Shown in pieces: positions 1 to 8,818 of a stretch of 46,774 nt of DNA. The first letter of the stretch is position 1. Every line of letters starts with the position of its first letter. The notes beneath the pieces were generated by a model. That model ran no database searches, was not told the DNA's origin, and saw only the letters and a program-made list of their open reading frames with translations. Location: the NCBI GenBank assembly GCA_033762915.1, contig JANRLD010000096.1, positions 1-46,774 on the forward strand. The letters run 5' to 3'. The position numbers and the translations under genes were made by a program. This stretch comes from Meiothermus sp. (GTDB taxonomy: Bacteria > Deinococcota > Deinococci > Deinococcales > Thermaceae).

Positions 1-1
1 C

Positions 2-577
2 GACCCGGCCCGGCGGATGCTGGCGGCCAGGGAAAAGGCCCAGGAAATTGCCGCCGAGACTGGCGGTTTTATGCCCGACCAGTTCGACAACCCAGCCAAT
101 GTTAAGGCCCACTACACCACCACCGGGCCGGAGATTTTTGAACAGGCGGGGGGCAAGATAGACGCCTTCGTGTACGGCTCGGGCACCGGGGGCACCATCA
201 TGGGGGTGGGGAAGTACCTCCGCGAACAGTTGCCGGAGGTGAAGATCATCGTCTGCGAGCCGGGGCGCTCCAACGTGCTCTCGGGCGGACAGATGGGCCA
301 ACACCAGTTCCAGGGCATGGGGCCGGGTTTCATCCCGCCCAACCTCGATGTAAAGATGATCGACCGGGTGATCCAGGTCTGGGAAGAGGAAGCCTTCCCG
401 CTGGCCCGCCGCCTCGCCAAGGAGGAGGGTCTGTTTGTGGGGATGAGCGCGGGCGGGATGATCTGGGCCGCCGTGCAGGTCGCCAAGGAGTTGGGCGAGG
501 GCAAGCGGGTGGTCACGGTGGCCTGCGACTCGGGGGCGAAGTACCTCTCCACTTCCCTATTTGCCGAGCAGGAGTAA
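2..577 (+). CDS. cysK: Cysteine synthase A (O-acetylserine sulfhydrylase), 5'-truncated by window edge
   Basis: PLP fold-II motifs QFDNPAN, TTGPEI, GSGTGGT and QGMGPGFIP; frame is open to the window start. Confidence 0.9.
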   Translation, partial: DPARRMLAAREKAQEIAAETGGFMPDQFDNPANVKAHYTTTGPEIFEQAGGKIDAFVYGSGTGGTIMGVGKYLREQLPEVKIIVCEPGRSNVLSGGQMGQHQFQGMGPGFIPPNLDVKMIDRVIQVWEEEAFPLARRLAKEEGLFVGMSAGGMIWAAVQVAKELGEGKRVVTVACDSGAKYLSTSLFAEQE

Positions 578-982
578 GCGGGCAGGACGCTCAAGGCACA
601 ACAGGTTTCTTTATGTCCAGCGTGCCGCCCTGAGATAGCTCCTTAAAGCGGGTGCTTTGGGACGGCTTTCTGCAGTTCGACCGTCCAGGCACCCAATTCG
701 CCCTTCGGCAGCAGGGTCGTCCTGACGTCTGGCTTTCGTGTTAACAGATGACCCTGCCCGGTGTACCCGGAAAAGTCAGGCGAAACCCGTTCTGGTCGTA
801 GCTTCCGCCGCTCGACGTTAGGCCTAGGGCGGCCCCCATTTTCCTGTACTCGGTTCAGCCAAGAGGCCAAGGGGTAGGAAAGTCTCGCAACCCTCACGGG
901 AATACCCGGTAAAATCTGGGGATTTTGCTACCCTGGGGGTGCTACGCAGTACAGCCCTGCGGGTCGCTGGAGGTCTAGAAGG

Positions 983-2470
983 ATGCAAACAGCCACCATA
1001 GCCTTGCCCAAGAGCTTGCCCCAGATCATCCAGGGGGGAATGGGCGTCTCGGTCTCAAACTGGCGCTTGGCTCGAGCGGTCTCGCAGCTTGGCCAGCTCG
1101 GTGTGGTCTCGGGTACCTGCATGGACACCGTGATGGTGCGCCGACTTCAGGACGGCGACCCCGGCGGCCTGGTGCGCCGCGCCCTGGCGGCCTTCCCGCT
1201 CCAGCAGTGGGTTAAGCCCATACTGGACAAATACTTCCAGCCTGAGGGCCGCCCCAAAGGCCAGCCCTACAAGCGCCTGCCTATGCCCACCCACTTGGGC
1301 GACACCGCCTCGCAGATGCTCTTCGCAGTGGGGAGTTTCGTCGAGGTGTTCCTGGCCAAAGAGGGCCACGGTGGTCTGGTGGGCATCAACCTCCTGACCA
1401 AGCTGCAAATTCCCACCCTGGGTTCACTCTACGGCGCGATGCTGGCTAAGGTCGACTACGTGCTGATGGGCGCGGGCATTCCCCGCGAGATCCCGGAGGC
1501 GCTCGACCGGCTGGCGGCGGGGGAGACTGCCTCGCTCAAGGTCGACGTTTCCGGCTGGACTGGGGCCGAGGCGGCCCGCATACTCTTCAACCCCCTCGAG
1601 GCCGCGGGAGCCCACCTGACCCTGCCCCGCCCGGCTTTCCTGCCCATCATCGCCTCCAACTCGCTGGCCACCCTACTGGCCCGCAAGGTCACCGGCACTA
1701 TCCAGGGCTTCGTGGTCGAAGGCCCCACGGCGGGCGGGCACAACGCCCCCCCGCGCGGCGCTCCGGTCTTCGACGGGCGCGGCCAGCCGGTCTACGGCGA
1801 GCGTGACGTGGTGGACTTGCACGCGCTAGCCCAGCTCGGGCTGCCCTTCTGGTTGGCCGGCGGCACCGGCTCGCCGGAGGGGTTGCAGCAGGCTCTGGAG
1901 CAGGGCGCGGCGGGCATCCAGGTGGGTACCCTCTTCGCCTACAGCCGCGAGTCGGGCTTCCTGAACGAGCTCAAGCGAGACATCCTCGAGCGCGCCCTGC
2001 GCGGCGAGGTCAAGGTCTTCACCGACCCCAAGGCCTCGCCCACCGGCTTTCCCTTCAAGGTCGCCGAGGTGGAGGGCACCCTCTCCCAGCCGGAGGTCTA
2101 CGAGGCCCGCGCCAGGGTCTGCGACCTGGGCTACCTCCGCGAGCCTTACCAGAAGGCCGAGGGCAAGATCGGCTTCCGCTGCGCCTCCGAGCCCGTGGAT
2201 CAGTACCTCGCCAAGGGCGGCGAACTGGCCCAGACCGAGGGGCGCAAGTGCCTCTGCAACGCCCTGATGGCGGCGGCGGGGATGGGTCAGGTGCAGAAGG
2301 GCGGCGAGGAGGAACTGCCGCTGGTCACCAGTGGCGACGACCTCGAGCGCATCGCCCGTTTCGTGGCCCAGCACTCCAGCAGTTACGGTGCCCAGGACGT
2401 AGTGGGCTACCTGCTGGGGCATAGCCGGGCCGCTCAGACTGCGCAGGAACTGGCGGGCGTCTCCTCTTAA
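983..2470 (+). CDS. Nitronate monooxygenase / 2-nitropropane dioxygenase family flavoprotein
   Basis: IIQGGMG, EGPTAGGHN, LAGG and GIQVGT motifs; C-terminal CDLGYL..RC..KCLCN cysteines; GGAGG upstream. Confidence 0.85.
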   Translation: MQTATIALPKSLPQIIQGGMGVSVSNWRLARAVSQLGQLGVVSGTCMDTVMVRRLQDGDPGGLVRRALAAFPLQQWVKPILDKYFQPEGRPKGQPYKRLPMPTHLGDTASQMLFAVGSFVEVFLAKEGHGGLVGINLLTKLQIPTLGSLYGAMLAKVDYVLMGAGIPREIPEALDRLAAGETASLKVDVSGWTGAEAARILFNPLEAAGAHLTLPRPAFLPIIASNSLATLLARKVTGTIQGFVVEGPTAGGHNAPPRGAPVFDGRGQPVYGERDVVDLHALAQLGLPFWLAGGTGSPEGLQQALEQGAAGIQVGTLFAYSRESGFLNELKRDILERALRGEVKVFTDPKASPTGFPFKVAEVEGTLSQPEVYEARARVCDLGYLREPYQKAEGKIGFRCASEPVDQYLAKGGELAQTEGRKCLCNALMAAAGMGQVQKGGEEELPLVTSGDDLERIARFVAQHSSSYGAQDVVGYLLGHSRAAQTAQELAGVSS

Positions 2471-2548
2471 CCTGCTTCAGTACTCGGGGCGTCGCAAGAG
2501 CCCCACGGCCCCTCACCCTGGCAACACAAGTACCCTCTGCCGTTTTTC

Positions 2549-2575
2549 CCCTCTCCCCCGGGAGAGGGCTTTTTT
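2549..2575 (+). terminator. Rho-independent terminator
   Basis: CCCTCTCCC/GGGAGAGGG stem followed by a T tract. Confidence 0.75.
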
Positions 2576-2875
2576 GTGCAGATACAAGTCCATTCACCCC
2601 AAGATGTCGCGGTTCTCCCGAATACCCGGCTTGGTAAACACCGCTGTACCGCGTCTACGGAATTGGCTCGACAACCGCTGGGAGGATGCGGCCGAGGGCG
2701 CAAGTAGGGGTTGCGCCAGGCACGTATCTGTTGCGTTCGCCGAGTGGGGGCCGAACCCCGCCCCGGGCCGTTACCTGGTCGGCTCAAGGCACGGCAATAA
2801 TGACCACCCCCGACCCCGCCCACTGCCTATACTTGAGGCAGCAACGACCGTTTTTGTTCGCTGCCTTGGCTAACT

Positions 2876-4516
2876 ATGGAGATGCTCGTGGAAGCAAACG
2901 GGTCTGGTCTGGAGGATATCCTCCGGCTCAACCTTCAGGCCTGGGCCCTCACCCGGACTGAGGTGCCCCAGGCTGTTGCCCTGGCCCAGCAGGCCCTCGA
3001 GCAGGCCCGCAAGGTCGGCTTCAAGGACGGCGAGGCCCAGGCCCTGCGCACCCTCGGGGTGGCCTACTATCTCCAGGCCAGGCACGAGGAGGCCTTCGCG
3101 GCCCTGACCCAGGGCCGCGACCTGGCCCACCAGCTCCACGACTGGGCCACCGAGCGGGACTGCCTCAGCTACCTGGGGGCGGTCTTCTCGATGCTGGGCG
3201 AGCTTGACAGCGCCCTCGAGAGCGTCGAGCAGGCCTACCAGGCTAGCCTGCAACTCGGCGACCCCGGCGGGGTCTCGGCCAGCCTTAACAACCTGGGCAA
3301 CCTCTACGACCAGATGGGCCGCTACCAGGAAGCGCTGGAGTCCAAGCTCGAGGCCGTCGAGATCACCCGGAAGAACGGCGACCAGACCCGCGAGGCCACT
3401 TTCTGGGGCAACCTCGTGGTCTCCTACAACCACGTGGGCCAGCTCGAGCGGGCCGTCGCCTCCGCCCACGAACTGCTACAGTTCGTGGCCGACAAGGGTC
3501 GCCCGGACGTGGAAGTCCGCACCCTGGTGAACCTGGGCGAGGCCCTGGGCAAGCTGGGGCGTTTTAACGAGGCCCGCGAGGTGTTGAGCAGGGCCGAGTC
3601 CCGGGTGCGGGAGATGGGGATGCGCGAGGGCGAGGTTTACTGCAACCTCAACATGTCGCTGGTGTACCTGGCCGAGAAGCTACCCGACCCCGCCATCGCC
3701 TCCCTGACCCACGCCCTCGAGATCGCCCAAATGCTGGGGGCCAGAGAGCTTCAGGCCCAGATACACCAACGGATGTCCGAGGCCTACTGCCTGGACGGAC
3801 GCTTCGAGTCGGCGCTCGAGCACTACCAGATCTACCACGCCCTCGAGCGCGACCTGCGGGCCGAGCAGATCGAGAGAAAGATGCGCGTATTCGGCACCCA
3901 GCGCAAGCTCGAGAAGGCTCAGGACGAGGCCAAGATCGCCCACCTGGAGAACGTCAAGCTCAAGGAGCTGATCGACCGCCTCGAGCGCACCGAGCGCGAA
4001 CTGCGCCACAAGACCAAGGAGCTGGAGGTTCAGGCCACCCAGGATCCTCTGACCCAGCTCTACAACCGCCGCTACCTCGAGCAGACCCTCTCCCACCACT
4101 ACGCCGAGGCCCAGAACAATGACCAGAAGCTCTCGGTGATGCTGTGCGACGTGGACAACTTTAAGAAGATTAACGACAACTTCAGCCACCAGATCGGCGA
4201 TGTGGTGCTCCAGACCGTGGCCTACCTGATGCGCGACCACTGCCGGGGCTCGGATATCGTGGCCCGCTACGGCGGCGAAGAGTTTGTGGTGGTGATGCCC
4301 TATACCCCCATCAAGCAGGCCGTGATTGCCTGCGAGCGGCTGCGCGAGACCATCCAGAACCACGACTGGGCCAAGGTTCATCCCGACCTGCGGGTGACCA
4401 TCAGCATGGGCCTGACCGCCGACACCAGCCACCCCAACCACGAGAAGATGCTCGACACCGCCGATGCCAAGCTCTACGTGGCCAAGCGAAGCGGTAAGAA
4501 CCGGCTGGAGTACTGA
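2876..4516 (+). CDS. TPR-repeat diguanylate cyclase (GGDEF)
   Basis: N-terminal TPR-like repeats (SLNNLGNLY), coiled coil, DPLTQLYNRR, DVDNFKKIND, RYGGEEF active site with RxxD I-site (RGSD). Confidence 0.92.
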   Translation: MEMLVEANGSGLEDILRLNLQAWALTRTEVPQAVALAQQALEQARKVGFKDGEAQALRTLGVAYYLQARHEEAFAALTQGRDLAHQLHDWATERDCLSYLGAVFSMLGELDSALESVEQAYQASLQLGDPGGVSASLNNLGNLYDQMGRYQEALESKLEAVEITRKNGDQTREATFWGNLVVSYNHVGQLERAVASAHELLQFVADKGRPDVEVRTLVNLGEALGKLGRFNEAREVLSRAESRVREMGMREGEVYCNLNMSLVYLAEKLPDPAIASLTHALEIAQMLGARELQAQIHQRMSEAYCLDGRFESALEHYQIYHALERDLRAEQIERKMRVFGTQRKLEKAQDEAKIAHLENVKLKELIDRLERTERELRHKTKELEVQATQDPLTQLYNRRYLEQTLSHHYAEAQNNDQKLSVMLCDVDNFKKINDNFSHQIGDVVLQTVAYLMRDHCRGSDIVARYGGEEFVVVMPYTPIKQAVIACERLRETIQNHDWAKVHPDLRVTISMGLTADTSHPNHEKMLDTADAKLYVAKRSGKNRLEY

Positions 4517-4995
4517 GCCCGAAGGCGGAGGGGCGGCTAAGGAAGCGTCTGCATAGTTGAAATGCGACGTGCCGACCGCCAACACCGCAGGCAATTGCGC
4601 CGGGCACGCATTCGCTCCGCTGATTGCACACTGCTGCCCAGGCGCAACCGCAGAGTCTAAGGAGGAGGGAAAGCACACGATTCCCCTTCCCCTCCTCTCG
4701 CCCTTCGCACCTCCCGCACCGCTGTGATCCGACTGCGGCGGTTCTTGACTCGATTCCGCCACTGCCGTCCCCGCTGCGTTTGTGGGGACGGTTTTCGGCT
4801 TTAAGGCTTTCGCTGATTTGAAGTTGGGGTCTGTTGTCCCGCAGACGGCGGCGCAACTTAAAGAACGCCTCAAGGCCAAGTTAAACAATCGCTGAATCCC
4901 GCCTAATCTGTGCTGGGCGGGATTTTCTATGCTGATGGTGTAGTCGGGGCATAGCCCTAAATCGCGGAGAGTAAAATCCCAAGAGGAGTGAACAC

Positions 4996-6012
4996 ATGAA
5001 TAGACTTCTTTCGACCATGGTACTGGGTCTGGTGGGCCTGACGGGGGCGGTCAGCGCCGCGCCCCAGCTCTCGCCCCAGGGCATCATCGTCAACCCCATC
5101 CCGACCGACCTCGAGGTGCGCACCTGGGTTAACAAAGACCCCAACAAGACCGGCAATCCGGTTTACCAAATCGGTGAGCGCATCCAGATCGGGGTGAGCG
5201 TTAATCAGGACGCCTACGTCTACTTGTTCAGCGTGCGCGCCACCGGCGAGATCAGCCCGATTCTGCCCAATAACTTCGAGCAGAACAACTTCCTGCGGGC
5301 CGGGGAGACCCGCCTGTTCCCGCCCCAGGGCGCCCGCTACCAGTTCAATGTGGACGGCCCCGAGGGCCAGGACCGGGTGCTGGCCGTGGCGACCCGCACC
5401 GCACTCAACGTCAACCAGATCATCGACATCCAGACCGGGCGCAGCCGCGTTCAGGGGGCCGACAACCTGGCTCGAGCGCTCTCCATCGTGGTTACGCCCC
5501 TGCCCGACAACGACTGGGTGTCCAACGTGGCCTTCTTCATCGTGGGCCGGGCCGCAGCCCCCCAGCCGCAGCCCCAGCCCATCGCCGGGACGCTGCAGGT
5601 AAACTCCAACCCGCAGGGCGCACAGGTGCTGCTGAACGGCCGGGTGGTGGGCCAGACCCCGCTCAACCTGAGCCTGAACGCCGGCCGCTACGACCTCGAG
5701 CTGCGCCTATCCGGCTATAACACCTTCCGCCAGAGCGTGCAGATCAACAGCGGCCAGGTGACCCCCGTCAACGTGGGCTTGCAGGCCCTGCGCTCTACCC
5801 TCCAGGTCTTCACCAACGTCCCCGCCCGCATCTTCGTAGACGGACAGGAGGTGGGCCAGACCCAGAACGGCACCCTGGTGCTCTCCGACCTCAACCCCGG
5901 TCGCGTCCAGGTCGTCGCCATCGCCCCTGGCTACCGCGTGGAGTTCCGCGACGTGAACCTGAGTGTCGGTCGGGCCGAGCAGGTGCGGCTGAACCTTAAC
6001 CGGGCTAGGTAG
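4996..6012 (+). CDS. Secreted DUF4384 + tandem PEGA-domain surface protein
   Basis: Signal peptide; YQIGERI..VNQDAYVYLF DUF4384-like region; PQPQPQP linker; two PEGA-like repeats (LQVNSNPQGAQVLLNG..GQTPL); AGGAG RBS. Confidence 0.8.
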   Translation: MNRLLSTMVLGLVGLTGAVSAAPQLSPQGIIVNPIPTDLEVRTWVNKDPNKTGNPVYQIGERIQIGVSVNQDAYVYLFSVRATGEISPILPNNFEQNNFLRAGETRLFPPQGARYQFNVDGPEGQDRVLAVATRTALNVNQIIDIQTGRSRVQGADNLARALSIVVTPLPDNDWVSNVAFFIVGRAAAPQPQPQPIAGTLQVNSNPQGAQVLLNGRVVGQTPLNLSLNAGRYDLELRLSGYNTFRQSVQINSGQVTPVNVGLQALRSTLQVFTNVPARIFVDGQEVGQTQNGTLVLSDLNPGRVQVVAIAPGYRVEFRDVNLSVGRAEQVRLNLNRAR

Positions 6013-6035
6013 CGGTTAGCGGTTAGCCTTTAGAG

Positions 6036-6070
6036 AGGCCCCCCTCGCGATGCTCGAGGGGGGCCTTTTT
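6036..6070 (+). terminator. Rho-independent terminator
   Basis: AGGCCCCCCTCG/CGAGGGGGGCCT stem followed by T tract. Confidence 0.75.
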
Positions 6071-6178
6071 CTTTGGGTCTACCTCACGGCTTGCCGCCGA
6101 TGCGGCCCTTCGGGGCCGAGGTTGATGCGCTTGGTGCCCGTGTCTGCGGCCCGGTGGCCTGTGGGGCGGCTGGCTGCC

Positions 6179-7333
6179 CTACAAGACCTCGAGCAGCCCG
6201 AACTTCAGGTACTGCGTCTCCGGCACGTTTAGGAGCACCGGGTGGTCCCAGGCCTGGCCGCGCCTTTCGATGACGCGCACGGTGCGGTGGGCGTCGGCGG
6301 CGGCCTCGGCGAGCATCTGGTAGAACATTGGCTCCTGAAGGTGGTGGCTACAGCTCGCCGTCGCCAGGATGCCGCCAGGGGGAAGCAGCTTCATGGCCCG
6401 CAGGTTCAGCTCCTTGTAGGCCGCGTAGGCCCGCTCGACGTCGCGCCTGTTCTTGACCAGGGCGGGCGGGTCGAGCACGATCAGGTCGTACCGGGCCTGG
6501 CGCTTCTCCTCCGAGCGCAGGAACTCGAAGGCGTTGGCCTCGACGGTCTGGAGGTTTATCAGGCCGTTGGCCCGCCCGTTCTCCAGCGCCCTGGCCAGCG
6601 CCGCCGCCGAGGAGTCCACCGCGATGACCTGCTCGAAGTTCTTGGCGAGGTGCAGCGCGAAGGAGCCGTGGTAGCTGAACACATCCAGGGCGGATTTGCC
6701 CCGGAACTCGCGCAGGCGGAGGCGGTTGTCGCGCTGGTCTATGAAGGCCCCGGTCTTTTGGCCGCCCTCGAGGTCAACCTGATACCGTATGCCGCCCTCC
6801 TCGACCGTCACCGACGGGGGAACCAGGCCGTGCAGCGGTTTTACCTCGAGCTCCAGACCCTCGAGGGTGCGGCTCCTCTGGTCGTTCTTGGCCAGGATGC
6901 TCTCGACCGGAAGCTCAGCCTTAATGACCTCTACCAGGTCGGGGGTGAGGGGCTCCAAGGCTGCGCTCCCCACCTGCAGCACCACGTGCCCGGCGTAGTA
7001 GTCGGCCACCAGCGCGGGAAGCAGGTCGCCCTCGGCGTGGACGAGCCGGAAGGCCCCGTTTGGCTGGGCGCTGACGGCGGCCTTGCGCCGCTCGAGCGCC
7101 TTGCGCAGGTTATTCAGCAGCACCTCGCCGGGCCGGCCCGCGTCGCCGTACGCGAAGGCCCGCACGGTGATCTCGGACTTGGGGTTGTAGATCGCCAAAC
7201 CCAGGATGCCTTTAGTTGCCTGTACCGGGTACAGACCCGCTGTTTCGGGTCCTTCAATAACATCAGACTTATAGACCCAAGGGTGACGGGCCAAAAGCCG
7301 CGCTGCGCCTTTGGGGGAGATGCGTATTTTCAC
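6179..7333 (-). CDS. 23S rRNA m5C methyltransferase, RlmI/RlmO family
   Basis: PUA-like HPWVY start, [24 protein letters not shown] motif, LDPP and catalytic ASCS; very similar to the Thermus RlmO-type enzyme as I recall it; leaderless TAGACT-6nt-GTG. Confidence 0.9.
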   Translation of the reverse strand: MKIRISPKGAARLLARHPWVYKSDVIEGPETAGLYPVQATKGILGLAIYNPKSEITVRAFAYGDAGRPGEVLLNNLRKALERRKAAVSAQPNGAFRLVHAEGDLLPALVADYYAGHVVLQVGSAALEPLTPDLVEVIKAELPVESILAKNDQRSRTLEGLELEVKPLHGLVPPSVTVEEGGIRYQVDLEGGQKTGAFIDQRDNRLRLREFRGKSALDVFSYHGSFALHLAKNFEQVIAVDSSAAALARALENGRANGLINLQTVEANAFEFLRSEEKRQARYDLIVLDPPALVKNRRDVERAYAAYKELNLRAMKLLPPGGILATASCSHHLQEPMFYQMLAEAAADAHRTVRVIERRGQAWDHPVLLNVPETQYLKFGLLEVL

Positions 7334-7405
7334 CAGGAGAGTCTAACAGCTATACGGGCAGGCGAAGGCAGAGCAATGAAGAAGGGTAAACGTACCGGAC
7401 CATCT

Positions 7406-8122
7406 ATGCGTATCCGAATCATCGCCCCCACCGCCGACTATCGCCCTGAAACCCTTAAGGCTATCGCGCAAGATCTGGCGATGCTGCGTAGGCCAGGGGT
7501 GGTGCTCGAGCATTTTCAACTCGAGCAAGGCCCCCTGGCCATCCGCACCGCCGAGGACGAAACCATCGCAACCTCCGGCGTGGGGCAAAAATGGTTCAGG
7601 CCCAGCAGGACAGCAAATCGCGTTTTCCACCATTACCTCCCTCGCGGCGGCAGGTAATGTACTCCCCGTCGCGTTTCCCACCCATACTTCGCCCACAGTG
7701 CGGCGCTAAAGCGTGCGCTAAAGCGGAGTATTGCACTCGGTATGGTGAAAATCGCTGTAGGGAGTATGCGTGGGAACCGCTCTAGATGCGGTAATCGTGG
7801 ACTGCACGTCGGACGTCGGGGTACGAGAGGCTCGAGCGCTGGTCAACATTCCCGTCGTCGGGGCAGGGGAGGCCAGCTTGCGTTTGTCGCAACAGCAGGG
7901 CGACTACCTCCGCCTGAGCGCCGATGAACTGACGGCGGGGCCGCTCGAGACGATTGTGCGGGAGAGGCCTCGAGTGGTCCTCATCGGTGGCACGGGCTGA
8001 TTACAGGTTGCCGCGCAACTGGTCCGGCAGCTTGCAGAGCAGGGCCTGGAGGTGTGGACATTGACCCGCTGCCTGTCGCGTTGAAGGAGGCCATCCGATT
8101 ACGTCAGGAACAGGGGCTGTGA
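7406..8122 (+). pseudogene. Asp/Glu/hydantoin racemase family pseudogene
   Basis: Fragments MRIRIIAP..GPLAI / MVQAQQDS / LDAVIVDCTSDVGVREARALVNIPVVGAGEAS..VLIGGTG / IDPLPVAL; frameshift in A-run 7587-7591, insertion ~7615-7781, TGA at 7998-8000 and a further frameshift near 8055. Confidence 0.8.
7617..7785 (+). mobile_element. Structured dispersed repeat (MITE-like), copy 1, with a nested related element
   Basis: Conserved arms near-identical to 22213-22302(-) and 42625-42730(+); ends in GAACCGCTCTAG; sits inside the racemase frame. Confidence 0.75.
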
Positions 8123-8323
8123 GGTGAGGAAGCGTGGGGCCAGGGGCGGCCCCTTCAGCCCGCCTCACGGCTTTCCTTCAGCCTCCCGACTTTATAGTTT
8201 GCGCGGCCTGGAACCATTGCCGATGTGCCGCCCCAGAGGCCAAGTTTTTCCGCGCCGTTACGACCTTAATCTGTACGCCCACACTAGAAGTTTTAAACGG
8301 GCGTTAGTGTATGCTGTTGCGCG

Positions 8324-8353
8324 TTGACAACAAGTCTCATGAATCGCTATGAT
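8324..8353 (+). promoter_or_regulatory. Sigma70-type promoter of the V/A-ATPase operon
   Basis: TTGACA(8324-8329)-18nt-TATGAT(8348-8353). Confidence 0.75.
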
Positions 8354-8503
8354 TCTTGGGGCTTTGTTTGCACGTTATTTCACAAAGTCGCTGAGGGGAA
8401 TCCGTCAGAATAGGATTGCAGATCTACCTGACGTTCGACCAAAGTGAACGAAACCGAGCCGCGAAGCGGCACGGTTGGGCAGGGAAGGAAGGGAGGGAAA
8501 AGA

Positions 8504-8818
8504 GTGGCTGGATCAGGACTAATCAAGAGCCTAGCCGAGCGCGAAGCCGCGCTCTCGAGGCAGCTCGACGAGGCCAAGGGGGCCGCCGCCGCCAAGGTGC
8601 AGGAGGCCGAGGCCAGGGCCGCCCAGATCTTGGCCGAGGCCGAGGCCGCGATGCGCGAGATGGAGACTAAGGCCCGCGCCGCGACCGCCGAGGCCGTGGC
8701 CAAAATCGAGGCTGAGGCCAAAGCCAAGGCCGAGGCCGAGGGCCGTGCCATCGCTGACGCGGCCGCGCCCAAGGTTGCGGGCGCGGTGCAGGCGGTGCTC
8801 AGGGAGGTTCTGCCTTGA
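8504..8818 (+). CDS. atpG: V/A-type ATP synthase subunit G
   Basis: Ala/Glu/Lys coiled coil, GLIKSLAERE start; GTG after GGAGG; first gene of Thermus-type operon. Confidence 0.85.
   Translation: MAGSGLIKSLAEREAALSRQLDEAKGAAAAKVQEAEARAAQILAEAEAAMREMETKARAATAEAVAKIEAEAKAKAEAEGRAIADAAAPKVAGAVQAVLREVLP

Noticed and set aside
4857..4886. 11-bp-period TTAAAG/CTCAAG/GTTAAA direct repeats (OmpR-type box?) upstream of the PEGA gene
   Set aside because: Too degenerate to support without cross-genome conservation
4886..4925. ATCGCTGAATCC resembling the 5' end of a c-di-AMP (ydaO) riboswitch
   Set aside because: The downstream conserved elements are absent; it is a single hairpin (AATCCCGCC/GGCGGGATT) in a promoter region
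6242..7657. 471-aa plus-strand ORF
   Set aside because: Mostly the antisense shadow of the rRNA methylase; only its last ~60 codons from 7406 belong to the racemase pseudogene
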